DNA of 64,000 nucleotides from Eledone cirrhosa (lineage: Eukaryota): the NCBI GenBank assembly GCA_964016885.1, contig OZ024764.1, positions 26,660,001-26,724,000 of the forward strand. The letters run 5' to 3'. A program made the position numbers and the translations under genes. How positions within the stretch are numbered: the stretch's first letter is position 1; each line of letters opens with the position of its first letter. Of this stretch, positions 23,253 to 35,945 are shown in pieces. The notes under the pieces are model-generated. The model saw nothing but the letters and a program-made list of their open reading frames with translations. It did no database searches and had not been told where the DNA came from.

Positions 23253-23288
<36 letters not shown>

Positions 23289-23368
23289 CAGCCAAAGACA
23301 CGCACACACGAACATACACATACACACAGGTGTATGTCTGCGTGTATGTATATATATGTGTGTGTCTT

Positions 23369-23444
<76 letters not shown>

Positions 23445-23774
23445 GTCAGTGATCCCCCTCGCAACCTTTAATTAAACAAACCTGCGATGAGGCGATGATC
23501 AAAATAAACACCAAAGTATAAACAAACAGCCCATAGGTGCTGCCGGATACACGATAACATGTGTAGACGAAGTAAAACTTTTATTACTGTAATATAAAGT
23601 AGAAACCCTATATTTAAACAAAGCTGCGATGCAGCGATGATCAAAACAAACTTCAAATAACATGTGTATACGAAGTGTATCTGGAAGCTTGGTCGTATTA
23701 TATGACTTTCAAATTGACCCCTATTATATTCAAATTATCCCCTGTGGGGCGTGCACCCCACGTTGAGAATCCCT
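22081..23774 (+). mobile_element. hAT-like MITE ends enclosing captured RTE tail, CRE fragment and microsatellite hairpin (paralog ~39064-40818)
   Basis: Starts CAGTGGTC(G/C)CCAAACTTTT and ends GTTGAGAATCCCTC. The interior ~22263-23447 is homologous to 11538-13540 minus ~11780-12560. Confidence 0.5.
22722..23136 (+). mobile_element. CRE-like RLE fragment (paralog of 12820-13235; third copy ~39720-40135)
   Basis: Near-identical translation in the ORF track (22751, 39749). Confidence 0.75.
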
Positions 23775-24502
23775 CATAAATAAAAATATGTGAGTGTGTT
23801 GCTATGACTGCTATTTCTAGCAGGTTTACTGCAGTCCTGTAGACGCACAACAAAAACCGGAAGTGGCAGCCATTAAAAAACTTTGGCTTAAAATCAGCCA
23901 AAAGATTTTCAATAATAGTAAAATTTTATTTTTGACAAGGACGATAACTTTTGTCTTACTTAATCGCAAAAATCGAGGCAAAAATTTTGCGGGTGTGCAG
24001 TTTACACGCTAAAATAAACCTGCTAGAAATAGCAGTTATAGCAACTCACATATATTTATATATCATATATATATATATATATATATATCAGCCAAACACA
24101 CACCCTTATATATGTACGTGTGTGTGTGTTGACCGCTATATATATATATAGCAGCCAAACACATACACAGACACACATATATATATATATACATGTGTGT
24201 GTATATGTGTGTGTCCTCCTCTCGTCTATGGCTGTTATTTTTACATTGTCCTTTTTGTTATTTTTCTCGGGATTTGCCCGGATTCGAACATGCGACCACC
24301 TATTTACAATATAGAATCTTTACAGCTTTACTGACTTTTAAGTAATCCAAGTTGTAACCCCGGATTTAGTAGTGTTTAATTTATTTTGAAGTATTTTATT
24401 ATTGGCCTTAGTTAGACGATCGTCCAAGACCATGCTGGGGCATATATATATATATGTATATATATGTGTGTGTGTGTGTGTATGCTGGGGCATATATATA
24501 TA

Positions 24503-24560
<58 letters not shown>

Positions 24561-25090
24561 CTAGGGCATATATATATATGTGTGTGTGTGTATATATATA
24601 TATATGTGTGTGTGTCCTTTCTGTTATTCGCTGCTATTTCTAAAGTGTCAATATATATATCATATATATATATATATGATATATAAATATATGTAAGTGA
24701 GTTGCTATGACTGCTATTTCTAGCAGGTTTATTTTTAGCGTGTAAACTGCACACCCTCAAAATTTTTGCCTCGATTTTTGCGATTAAGTAAGACAAAAGT
24801 TATCGTCCTTGTCAAAAATAAAATTTTACTATTATTGAAAATCTTTTGGCTGATTTTAAGCCAAAGTTTTTTAATGGCTGCCACTTCCGGTTTTTGTTGT
24901 GCGTCTACAGGACTGCAGTAAACCTGCTAGAAATAGCAGTCATAGCAACACACTCACATATATTTATTTATGAGGGATTCTCAACGTGGGGTGCACGCCC
25001 CACAGCGGATAATTTGAATATAATAGGGGTCAATTTGAAAGTCATATAATACGACCCAACTCCCTGTTACACTTCGTATACACATGTTAT
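23657..25090. repeat. Long inverted repeat: arms ~23657-24080 and ~24662-25090, ~580-bp spacer
   Basis: Arms are near-perfect reverse complements; the ORF track shows mirrored ORFs 23698..23901(-) and 24846..25049(+). Confidence 0.95.
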
Positions 25091-25876
25091 CGTGTATCTG
25101 GCAGCACCTGCGAGAAGTTTGTTTACATTTTGGGGTTTGCTTTGATGATCGCTGCATCGCAGCTTTGTTTAAATAAAAGGTTTCTACTTTATATTACAGT
25201 AATAACACTTTTACAAGACTCGGATTGTTTTTATATTAAAGGGGACATGTTTTTTAAACTCTGAACTCAGCATCTTTCTGTTGTTCTCCGGGATTCTAGC
25301 AAAGTATAAAAATATATATATATATATAGCTGGCAGTCAACCTCAGACTCGAAAAAGCCGCCGCTAATCGTGATCGTTGGGGTTATAATTAGACTAAAAG
25401 TGCTTCCACTGGGCACCATTAGCTGATTGTGATCATTGGAGAATTCTTTCTGCGCTGAAAGAGCCTAGGACTAAAAGATATATATATAGATGTCGAAACG
25501 GCAGTAGCACAGCCGTTGGGGTCCTGAATATTTTCACATCTATATATGTGTGAGTATTCTGCGACATTTATAATTACATAAGCAAGCATATTTGAATAAC
25601 AAAATTTGAGGTTTAAATACTTTATTTTTTACCAATAACATAGAGAAAGGCATGAACAACACCACATGTTAATTACTTTAATATTGAAAGTAGGGTTATA
25701 AAGATTAAAAAAGCAGATTTTTTAATCTTTCATGGTGGTCTGGTGGGTGATACCAGAGATGGTGGTAGTCCTGGTTTCGGTTTCAATCCCGGTCATGGGT
25801 TACATATAAGGTCTCATTTTTTTTTTTCTTTCTTTCAGTTTTCTTCTTATCTCTAGATATAAATATATATACATAA

Positions 25877-25985
25877 GGTAATTTGGTAGAATTGTTAGAA
25901 CATCAGATAGAATTCTTTGCAGTATTTTTCCAGTTCTTTACTCTGAGTTCAACTTTACCTTTCTTCCATTCGGTGTCGATAAGTC
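25877..25985 (+). mobile_element. Highly decayed Nin/Deu-like SINE (once per 2.6-kb unit)
   Basis: TTGGTAGAATTGTTAGAAC...CTGAGTTCAA.CTTTACCTTTCTTCCATTCGGTGTCGATAA resembles the SINE at 5588-5748 in sense orientation. Confidence 0.55.
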
Positions 25986-27677
25986 TTGAATATGTCTAAC
26001 GTAGCAATAATTGGAGCTACTTAACCAAGTTTTCCCAACCTAGTCGATGTCACCTACTGGTTGGCGATTTAAACTGTTGGCTGGGACAATGACCAACTAA
26101 TCAGTCAGATTCGAACTCACTATGTCTGGCATATATTTTATATTTTATATTTGAATGACGTTCTGTAAGTAACCTGGTGGCTTAGATGGCAATACTGCTC
26201 GAATAGATGGCTTCTATTATGAAGTTATAAGTTCATTCCCTATCCAGGATTGTAGAATTAATTTTATTTAGTTATTATTTAATCAATTGTTTTAACAAAC
26301 AAATTATATCTATAAAACGCCAAATATAGTGAGTTCAAATCTGACTGACATGCATGGTATATATTTATGTTTCATTATACAACGACACAATACACAGGAA
26401 CTTATAAAGATATGTATATATTGTCCAGGAGTTTCGAGTTTAGTGGGAATTGGTACAACTCTCAATTGGAGCTAGTTCCTGCAAGATCAGCATAAATAAT
26501 GTTATACCTTTTCATGAAATCTTGCACACCCGATGTTTTATACATGATTATTTAAAGGTGAACAAAAACCAAAGAACATTGTGCAGCATTTCTCAACCTT
26601 TCTACCCATGTCGATCTCTTGAAATAGTTTTTATGTCTCAGGGATGCCCTGCATAAAATATACTTTTTCTATCTCTAGAGCAGTGGTTCCCAAATCGTGT
26701 GCTGCGAGATGAAACAAGATGAGCTGCAAAAGACTAAGATTAAGTTTTAAGATGTGAAAAATATAAAACTGAAATTTCATATAAAAGTTCAAATATAGCT
26801 ACAGCCACAAACCTAGGCTCCACACCCCGCAATGCAAAGGATAGTAAGATAGTACCAAGGCCTGACTCACCTCTTCCACTCCATTGAGACCTCTGCCATA
26901 CTTGGTCCCTGTACTGCTGATTTCCTCCATAAAGTCGGGAGGAAAGACGACAGGAGCTTCATGAGGAGGGGCGACTATTGTAGCAGGTGTCTCTGGCCTT
27001 GCTCCGAGGTAACGCTTTTACGTTTCTTCCACAGGTTGCGGCTGAGGGACCACTTAGACTGGGGTGAAGTGTCTGTCCCTCCCCCGACTTCTTACTTCTT
27101 TTTTTTTCTCATTTTCATTTTCTTTTCTCTTCTTGCTTATCTCTGCTATACCACGGCATCAAAAACATATATGATATGTGTATGTATGGTATAGGTGTAT
27201 TTATATTTAGGATAGTTATCAAAGGTAAATAGACTGGTTGAAGCAATAACAGTCTTGTTTATGTATATACACACATATATATATATATATATATATATCT
27301 GTTTGTTCTTGTATTTCCATAGAAAAGGTAAAGAAAAGAAGAATGCTCTATGTATTGTACAGAGCTATTTAATTACATAATAAACAACAGAATATAATTA
27401 TTCCATGCAAATAGACTTAGACTGGAAAACATTCAGACAGAGAAGAATGGATAATGAGCGTCGTAAGAGAAATTGGCCAACAATTAATATTAATGGAAAT
27501 GTAGAAGGATTTCATATTAGTGATATGAATGTTTCGTGTGATCACTGTGGAGCTTTGAAATTTAGAAATGAAAATTGTAACTGTTGTAATAAAGGAAAGG
27601 TTGTGTTGCCACCATTGCAAATATACCCTGAGAGACTGAGAAATCTCTTTGAAAGAGATTTCTCAGTCTCTCAGGGT

Positions 27678-28389
27678 ATATATTCCCGCCGTTGAAATAA
27701 AAATTTTAATAGAAAAGCGGCGGGAATATATGTTACAACCCAATCTATATATATTTAGGTTGTAACATATATTCCCGCCGTTGAAATAAAAATTTTAATA
27801 GAAAAACGGCGGGAATATATGTTACAGCCCAATCTATATATATTTGGGTTTTAACATATATTCCCGCCGTTGAAATAAACATTTTAATAGAAAAACGGCG
27901 GGAATATATGTTACAACCCAATCTACATATATTTGGGTTGTAACATATATTCCCGCCGTTGAAATAAAAATTTTAACATAAAAACGGCGGGAATATATAT
28001 TACAACCCAAACATATATAGGTTGGGTTGTAACATATATTCCCGCCGTTGAAATAAAAATTTTAACATAAAAACGGCGGGAATATATATTACAACCCAAA
28101 CATATATAGGTTGGGTTGTAACATATATTCCCGCCGTTTTTCTATTAAAATTTTTATTTCAACGGCGGGAATATATGTTACAACCCCAAAATATGTAGCT
28201 TGGATTGTAACATATATTCCCGCCGTTTTTCTATTAAAATTTTTATTTCAACGGCGGGAATATATGTTACAACTCAAATATATATAGATTGGGTTGTAAC
28301 ATATATTCCCGCCGTTTTTCTATTAAAATTTTTATTTCACCGGCAGGAATATGTTACAACCCAAATATATATATATTGAGTTGTAACAT
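27678..28389. repeat. 89-bp satellite of alternating inverted ~28-bp cores (8 units)
   Basis: ATTCCCGCCG at 27682, 27771 and 27860. Core TTGGGTTGTAACATATATTCCCGCCGTT alternates with its reverse complement. Confidence 0.96.
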
Positions 28390-29848
28390 GGGTTACATAT
28401 AAGGTCTCATTTTTTTTCTTTTCTTTCTTTCAGTTTTCTTCTTATCTCTAGATATAAATATATATACATAAGGTAACTTGGTAGAATTGTTAGAACATCA
28501 GATAGAATTCTTTGCAGTATTTTTCCAGTTCTTTACTCTGAGTTCAACTTTACCTTTCTTCCATTCAGTGTCGATAAGTCTTGAATATGTCTAACGTAGC
28601 AATAATTGGAGCTACTTAACCAAGTTTTCCCAACCTAGTCGATGTCACCTACTGGTTGGCGATTTAAAATGTTGGCTGCGACAATGACCAACTATTCAGT
28701 CAGATTCGAACTCACTATGTCTGGCATATATTTTATATTTTATATTTGAATGAAGTTCTGTAAGTAACCTGGTGGCTTAGATGGCAATACTGCTCGAATA
28801 GATGGCTTCTAGTTCATTCCCTATCCAGGATTGTAGAATTAATTTTATTTAGTTATTATTTAATCAATTGTTTTAACAAACAAATTATATCTATAAAACG
28901 CCAAATATAGTGAGTTCAAATCTGACTGACATGCATGGTATATATTTATGTTTCATTATACAGCGACACAATACACAGGAACTTATAAAGATATGTATAT
29001 ATTGTCCAGGAGTTTCGAGTTTAGTGGGAATTGGTACAACTCTCAGTTGGAGCTAGTCCCTGCAAGATCAGCATAAATAATGTTATACCTTTTCATGAAA
29101 TCTTGCACACCCGATATTTTATACATGATTATTTAAAGGTGAACAAAAACCAAAGAACATTGTGCAGCATTCTCAACCTTTCTACCCATGTCGATCTCTT
29201 GAAATAGTTTTTATGTCTCAGGGAAGCCCTGCATAAAATATACTTTTTCTATCTCTAGAGCAGTGGTTCCCAAATCGTGTGCTGAGAGATGAAACAAGAT
29301 GAGCTGCAAAAGACTAAGATTAAGTTTTATGATGTGAAAAATATAAAACTGAAATTTCATATAAAAGTTCAAATATAGCTACAGCCACAAACCTAGGCTC
29401 CACACCCCGCAATGCAGAGGATAGTAAGATAGTACCAAGGCCTGACTCACCTCTTCCACTCCATTGAGACCTCTGCCATACTTGGTCCCTGTACTGCTGA
29501 TTTCCTCCATAAAGTCGGGAGGAAAGACGACAGGAGCTTCATGAGGAGGGGCGACTATTGTAGCAGGTGTCTCTGGCCTTGCTCTGAGGTAACGCTTTTA
29601 CGTTTCTTCCACAGGTTGCGGCTGAGGGACCACTTAGACTGGGGTGAAGTGTCTGTCCCTCCCCCGACTTCTTACTTCTTTTTTTTTCTCATTTTCATTT
29701 TCTTTTCTCTTCTTGCTTATCTCTGCTATACCACGGCATCAAAAACATATATGATATATGTATGTATGGTATAGGTGTATTTATATTTAGGATAGTTATC
29801 AAAGGTAAATAGACTGGTTGGAGCAATAACAGTCTTGTTTATGTATGT

Positions 29849-29897
<49 letters not shown>

Positions 29898-30271
29898 TGT
29901 TCTTGTATTTCCATAGAAAAGGTAAAGAAAAGAAGAATGCTCTATGTATTGTACAGAGCTATTTAATTACATAATAAACAACAGAATATAATTATTCCAT
30001 GCAAATAGACTTAGAATGGAAAACATTCAGACAGAGAAGAATGGATAATGAGCGTCGTAAGAGAAATTGGCCAACAATTAATATTAATGGAAATGTAGAA
30101 GGATTTCATATTAGTGATATGAATGTTTCGTGTGATCACTGTGGAGCTTTGAAATTTAGAAATGAAAATTGTAACTGTTGTAATAAAGGAAAGGTTGTGT
30201 TGCCACCATTGCAAATATACCCTGAGAGACTGAGAAATCTCTTTGAAAGAGATTTCTCAGTCTCTCAGGGT

Positions 30272-30983
30272 ATATATTCCCGCCGTTGAAATAAAAATTT
30301 TAATAGAAAAACGGCGGGAATATATGTTACAACCCAATCTATATATATTTAGGTTGTAACATATATTCCCGCCGTTGAAATAAAAATTTTAATAGAAAAA
30401 CGGCGGGAATATATGTTACAGCCCAATCTATATATATTTGGGTTTTAACATATATTCCCGCCGTTGAAATAAACATTTTAATAGAAAAACGGCGGGAATA
30501 TATGTTACAACCCAATCTACATATATTTGGGTTGTAACATATATTCCCGCCGTTGAAATAAAAATTTTAACATAAAAACGGCGGGAATATATGTTACAAC
30601 CCAAACATATATAGGTTGGGTTGTAACATATATTCCCGCCGTTGAAATAAAAATTTTAACATAAAAACGGCGGGAATATATATTACAACCCAAACATATA
30701 TAGGTTGGGTTGTAACATATATTCCCGCCGTTTTTCTATTAAAATTTTTATTTCAACGGCGGGAATATATGTTACAACCCCAAAATATGTAGCTTGGATT
30801 GTAACATATATTCCCGCCGTTTTTCTATTAAAATTTTTATTTCAACGGCGGGAATATATGTTACAACTCAAATATATATAGATTGGGTTGTAACATATAT
30901 TCCCGCCGTTTTTCTATTAAAATTTTTATTTCACCGGCAGGAATATGTTACAACCCAAATATATATATATTGAGTTGTAACAT
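30272..30983. repeat. 89-bp inverted-core satellite (8 units)
   Basis: Near-identical to 27678-28389. Confidence 0.96.
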
Positions 30984-32442
30984 GGGTTACATATAAGGTC
31001 TCATTTTTTTTCTTTTCTTTCTTTCAGTTTTCTTCTTATCTCTAGATATAAATATATATACATAAGGTAACTTGGTAGAATTGTTAGAACATCAGATAGA
31101 ATTCTTTGCAGTATTTTTCCAGTTCTTTACTCTGAGTTCAACTTTACCTTTCTTCCATTCAGTGTCGATAAGTCTTGAATATGTCTAACGTAGCAATAAT
31201 TGGAGCTACTTAACCAAGTTTTCCCAACCTAGTCGATGTCACCTACTGGTTGGCGATTTAAAATGTTGGCTGCGACAATGACCAACTATTCAGTCAGATT
31301 CGAACTCACTATGTCTGGCATATATTTTATATTTTATATTTGAATGAAGTTCTGTAAGTAACCTGGTGGCTTAGATGGCAATACTGCTCGAATAGATGGC
31401 TTCTAGTTCATTCCCTATCCAGGATTGTAGAATTAATTTTATTTAGTTATTATTTAATCAATTGTTTTAACAAACAAATTATATCTATAAAACGCCAAAT
31501 ATAGTGAGTTCAAATCTGACTGACATGCATGGTATATATTTATGTTTCATTATACAGCGACACAATACACAGGAACTTATAAAGATATGTATATATTGTC
31601 CAGGAGTTTCGAGTTTAGTGGGAATTGGTACAACTCTCAGTTGGAGCTAGTCCCTGCAAGATCAGCATAAATAATGTTATACCTTTTCATGAAATCTTGC
31701 ACACCCGATATTTTATACATGATTATTTAAAGGTGAACAAAAACCAAAGAACATTGTGCAGCATTCTCAACCTTTCTACCCATGTCGATCTCTTGAAATA
31801 GTTTTTATGTCTCAGGGAAGCCCTGCATAAAATATACTTTTTCTATCTCTAGAGCAGTGGTTCCCAAATCGTGTGCTGAGAGATGAAACAAGATGAGCTG
31901 CAAAAGACTAAGATTAAGTTTTATGATGTGAAAAATATAAAACTGAAATTTCATATAAAAGTTCAAATATAGCTACAGCCACAAACCTAGGCTCCACACC
32001 CCGCAATGCAGAGGATAGTAAGATAGTACCAAGGCCTGACTCACCTCTTCCACTCCATTGAGACCTCTGCCATACTTGGTCCCTGTACTGCTGATTTCCT
32101 CCATAAAGTCGGGAGGAAAGACGACAGGAGCTTCATGAGGAGGGGCGACTATTGTAGCAGGTGTCTCTGGCCTTGCTCTGAGGTAACGCTTTTACGTTTC
32201 TTCCACAGGTTGCGGCTGAGGGACCACTTAGACTGGGGTGAAGTGTCTGTCCCTCCCCCGACTTCTTACTTCTTTTTTTTTCTCATTTTCATTTTCTTTT
32301 CTCTTCTTGCTTATCTCTGCTATACCACGGCATCAAAAACATATATGATATATGTATGTATGGTATAGGTGTATTTATATTTAGGATAGTTATCAAAGGT
32401 AAATAGACTGGTTGGAGCAATAACAGTCTTGTTTATGTATGT

Positions 32443-32483
<41 letters not shown>

Positions 32484-32584
32484 TGTTCTTGTATTTCCAT
32501 AGAAAAGGTAAAGAAAAGAAGAATGCTCTATGTATTGTACAGAGCTATTTAATTACATAATAAACAACAGAATATAATTATTCC

Positions 32585-33344
32585 ATGCAAATAGACTTAG
32601 AATGGAAAACATTCAGACAGAGAAGAATGGATAATGAGCGTCGTAAGAGAAATTGGCCAACAATTAATATTAATGGAAATGTAGAAGAATTTCATATTAG
32701 TGATATGAATGTTTCGTGTGATCACTGTGGAGCTTTGAAATTTAGAAATGAAAATTGTAACTGTTGTAATAAAGGAAAGGTAGTGTTGCCACCATTGCAA
32801 ATATACCCTGAGAGACTGAGAAATCTCTTTGAAAGAGGCCAGGAAGCAGTTGATTTCACAGAAACATCTGCAATTAAAACTACATTTATTTCACTTCATT
32901 TGGTGTTACCACCCGGCAGAGGCCCGTATAGATTTCATATTCAGGGTCAAACATATCAATACACACCCATCTCTGTAACCTGCAGAAAATACACCACAAT
33001 ATGGCCAGTTATATATTATTGATGGGAACGAAGGTGTGTAGCACAGATTGGAAGTACAACCAAATAATTGTTTCTGGCACAAGGCCAGCAATTACTGGTA
33101 CTTTATTCTATCGACCTCATAAGGATGAAAACAAAGTCAACCTTAGAGGGATTTGAACCCAGAACGTAAAGGGCCATAACCCTATGCTGCAAAGCATGGT
33201 GTCTGACGCTCTACCGATACTGCCAATCCACTGCCCTAGTCCCAACAAATAATGACTGCTCACCACAAAAAATGGCTATGATAAGAGAGGTGTTGCATGA
33301 ATATAATCCATATGTCGAAGTGTACAATACAATGCATGGCATCA
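32585..33344 (+). pseudogene. Helitron RepHel 5' part, interrupted at 33344
   Basis: Same as 17485-18244. The sequence resumes at 35946. Confidence 0.9.
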
Positions 33345-33892
33345 CAAATGAATATATATATATATACTACTAAAGTGTATGTAAAATTTTAAAATAAATA
33401 CTTAAATTCAATTTGTATAATTACACATACAATATGTTTTGTTGTAAAACCCTAAATAATGATTTAAGAAATGATGTCAATCTCTTTGTACAGAGAAAAA
33501 CAATTTATATATATGCATCGTGTGCGCGTGTATACTCCATTTAAGACAGCGAAAAACCTAGTACCTCCTTCAAAGAATGCCAAATAGTTTATGCCTAAGG
33601 TGTAACACTAATTAAGTTACTGGTATAGATATTTCAGTTGAACCCTGCTTCAAACATGCATATTATTATTATATATTTTCAAACACACTTACATACATTA
33701 TATTTATACACATAGAAATGTTAAAACTAAAGTATAATGATATAACAACAGTATATAATAGTTTTCTTCACTTTATTGAGATGCAATCGTTTTAAAGAAA
33801 AAACATGACAGTATAAGAAATATTTAATATGATAACATAATATTTCAGGTAGGATGGTGGTTTCTCTTTGAACTAATAATTGTTTCTACTTT

Positions 33893-34045
33893 AGGCACAA
33901 GGCCAGCAATTAACCAGTACATTACTGGTACTTTATTTTATCGACCCCGTAAGGATGAAAGGCAAAGTTAACCTCGGATCGTAAAGGGACGTAACTATGC
34001 TGGAAAGCATGGCGTCAGACCCTCTACCGATACTGCCAATTCACC
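33893..34045 (-). mobile_element. Nin/Deu-like SINE with B-box region deleted (paralog ~50708-50860)
   Basis: ACTGGTACTTTATTTTATCGACCCCGTAAGGATGAAAGGCAAAG...CTCTACCGATACTGCCAAT. Confidence 0.78.
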
Positions 34046-34244
34046 ATACAGTATAATTATACAAATATGCATATAGATAGCAATATATATACACTAATAT
34101 GTATGTACATATTTATACATATATACATATATATAGGGAGAGAGAGAGACACATGTATGTATATATATATACACATGCGTGTATGTATGTGTTTATGTAC
34201 ATTCTTCGGTATATATATATGAGTCACGGTTTATTACACATTGG

Positions 34245-34906
34245 AGACACAGAGAGAAAGAGTTGAAACGAGAGGTGAGAGAGTTGAAACAAGAGAGGAG
34301 AGAGTTGAAACGAGAAAAGAGAGAGAGAGTTGAAACGAGAGGAGAGAGAGAGAGAGTTGTAACGAGAGGAGAGAGAGAGAGAGAGTTGAAACGAGAGGAG
34401 AGAGAGTTGAAACGAGGAGAGAGTTGAAACAAGAGGGTGAGGGGAGAGAGGGGAGAGAGTGATGAAACGAGTCGGAGATAGAGTGTGAAAGAGAGAGAGA
34501 GAGGAAGAGAGAGAGAGAGAGGAAGAGAGAGAGAGAGGAAGAGAGAGAGAGAAAGAGAGAGAGAGAGGAAGAGAGAGAGAGGAAGAGAGAGAGAGGAAGA
34601 GGGAGAGGGGGGATGAAACAAGAGGGTGAGGGATGAAACAAGAGAGAGAGGGGAGAGAAAGAGAGAGGGGAGAGAAAGAGAGAGGGGAGAGAAAGAGAGA
34701 GAGAGAGAGAGAGAACGAATTGAAACAAGAGAGAGATGAAACAAGTGAGGGATTAGAGTGTTGAAACAAGAGAGAGAGGAAGAGAGAGAGAGAGCAAGAT
34801 GGAACGAGAGAGAGAGAGCGAGATGAAATGAGAGCGAGATGAAACGAGAGAGAGAGAGAGTGAGATGAAATGAGAGAGAGAGAGAGCGAGAGAGAGAGCG
34901 AGATGA

Positions 34907-34943
<37 letters not shown>

Positions 34944-35928
34944 TGAAATGAGACAGAGAGAGCGAGATGAAACGAGAGAGAGAGAGAGCGAGATGAAATG
35001 AGAGAGTGAGTGCGAGATGAAATGAGAGAGAGTGAGAGCGACATGAAATGAGAGAGAGAGAGCGAGATGAAACGAGAGAGAGAGAGAGCGAGATGAAATG
35101 AGAGAGAGTCAGAGCGAGATGAAATGAGAGAGTGAGAGCGAGATGAAATGAGAGAGAGAGAGCGAGATGAAATGAGAGAGAGTGAGAGCGAGATGAAATG
35201 AGAGAGAGAGAGCGAGATGAAATGAGAGAGAGAGGAAACGAGACTAGAGAGCGAGATGAAACAGGAGAGAGAGAGCGAGATGAAACAGGAGAGATCGAGA
35301 TGAAACGAGAGGGAGAGAGAGATGAAATGAGAGAGCGAGAGAGAGATAGAGGGAGATGAAACGACAGAGAGAGAGACAGATGAAACGAGAGAGAGAAATA
35401 GAGATGAAACGAGAGAGAGTGATGAAACGAGAGAGAGGAAGAGAGAGATGGAACGAGAGAGAGGAGGAGAGAGATGGAACGAGAGAGAGGAAGACAGAGA
35501 TGAAATGAGAGAGAGGAAGACAGAGATGAAACGAGAGAGAGAGAGAGCGAGATGAAACGAGAGAGAGAGAGCGCGAGATGAAACTCTGTCATGTAATGTT
35601 ATGGACATATCTGCCCCTGGGGCTAATAATTGTCATGTAATGTTATGGTCATCTCTGCCCCTGTGGTTAATAATTCTGTCATGTAATGTTATGGTCATGT
35701 CTGCACCTGTGGCTAATAAATCTGTCATGTAATGTTATGGTCATCTCTGCCCCTGTGGCTAATAATTCTGTCATGTAATGTTATGGACATCTCTGCCCCT
35801 GTGGCTAATAATTCTGACATGTAATGTTATGGACATCTCTGCCCCGGTGGCTAATAATTCTGACATGTAATGTTATGGACATCTCTGCCCCTGTGGCTAA
35901 TAATTCTGACATGTAATGTTATGGACAT
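34245..35928 (-). repeat. Composite satellite, reverse orientation (GA-rich block plus ~7.5 46-bp units)
   Basis: Cap GTGAGGGATTAGAGTGTTGAAAC at ~34745; 46-mers at ~35586-35928. Confidence 0.96.
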
Positions 35929-35945
35929 TGCTATCTTGTTTCATC

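Larger units (their letters stand above)
25794..33344 (+). repeat. Three tandem ~2594-bp units (SINE remnant, hAT-like end, Helitron 5' part, snap-back hairpin, 89-bp array)
   Basis: CATGGGTTACATATAAGG at 25794, 28387 and 30981. The third unit continues into uninterrupted Helitron sequence. Confidence 0.96.
18242..35945 (+). repeat. ~17-kb tandem segmental duplication, copy A
   Basis: Colinear with 35946-~52700. Anchors 22751/39749, 26450/43091 and 33345/50116. Confidence 0.92.
33345..35945. other. 2.6-kb inserted cassette (AT-rich DNA, SINE, GA-rich block, 46-bp array) inside the Helitron
   Basis: Flanks ...GGCATCA | TCAAACAGC... rejoin to the empty site GGCATCAAACAGC at ~5850 and ~18238, with TCA duplicated. 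Confidence 0.85.

Noticed and set aside
25733-25795. tRNA-like A/B boxes (also ~24270-24335 on the minus strand and ~8283-8356)
   Set aside because: No convincing cloverleaf; better explained as SINE heads.
27678-28389. Repeat-spacer look of the 89-bp array as CRISPR or integron attC sites
   Set aside because: Only two spacer types are reused and the cores alternate in orientation. No Cas or integrase is present.
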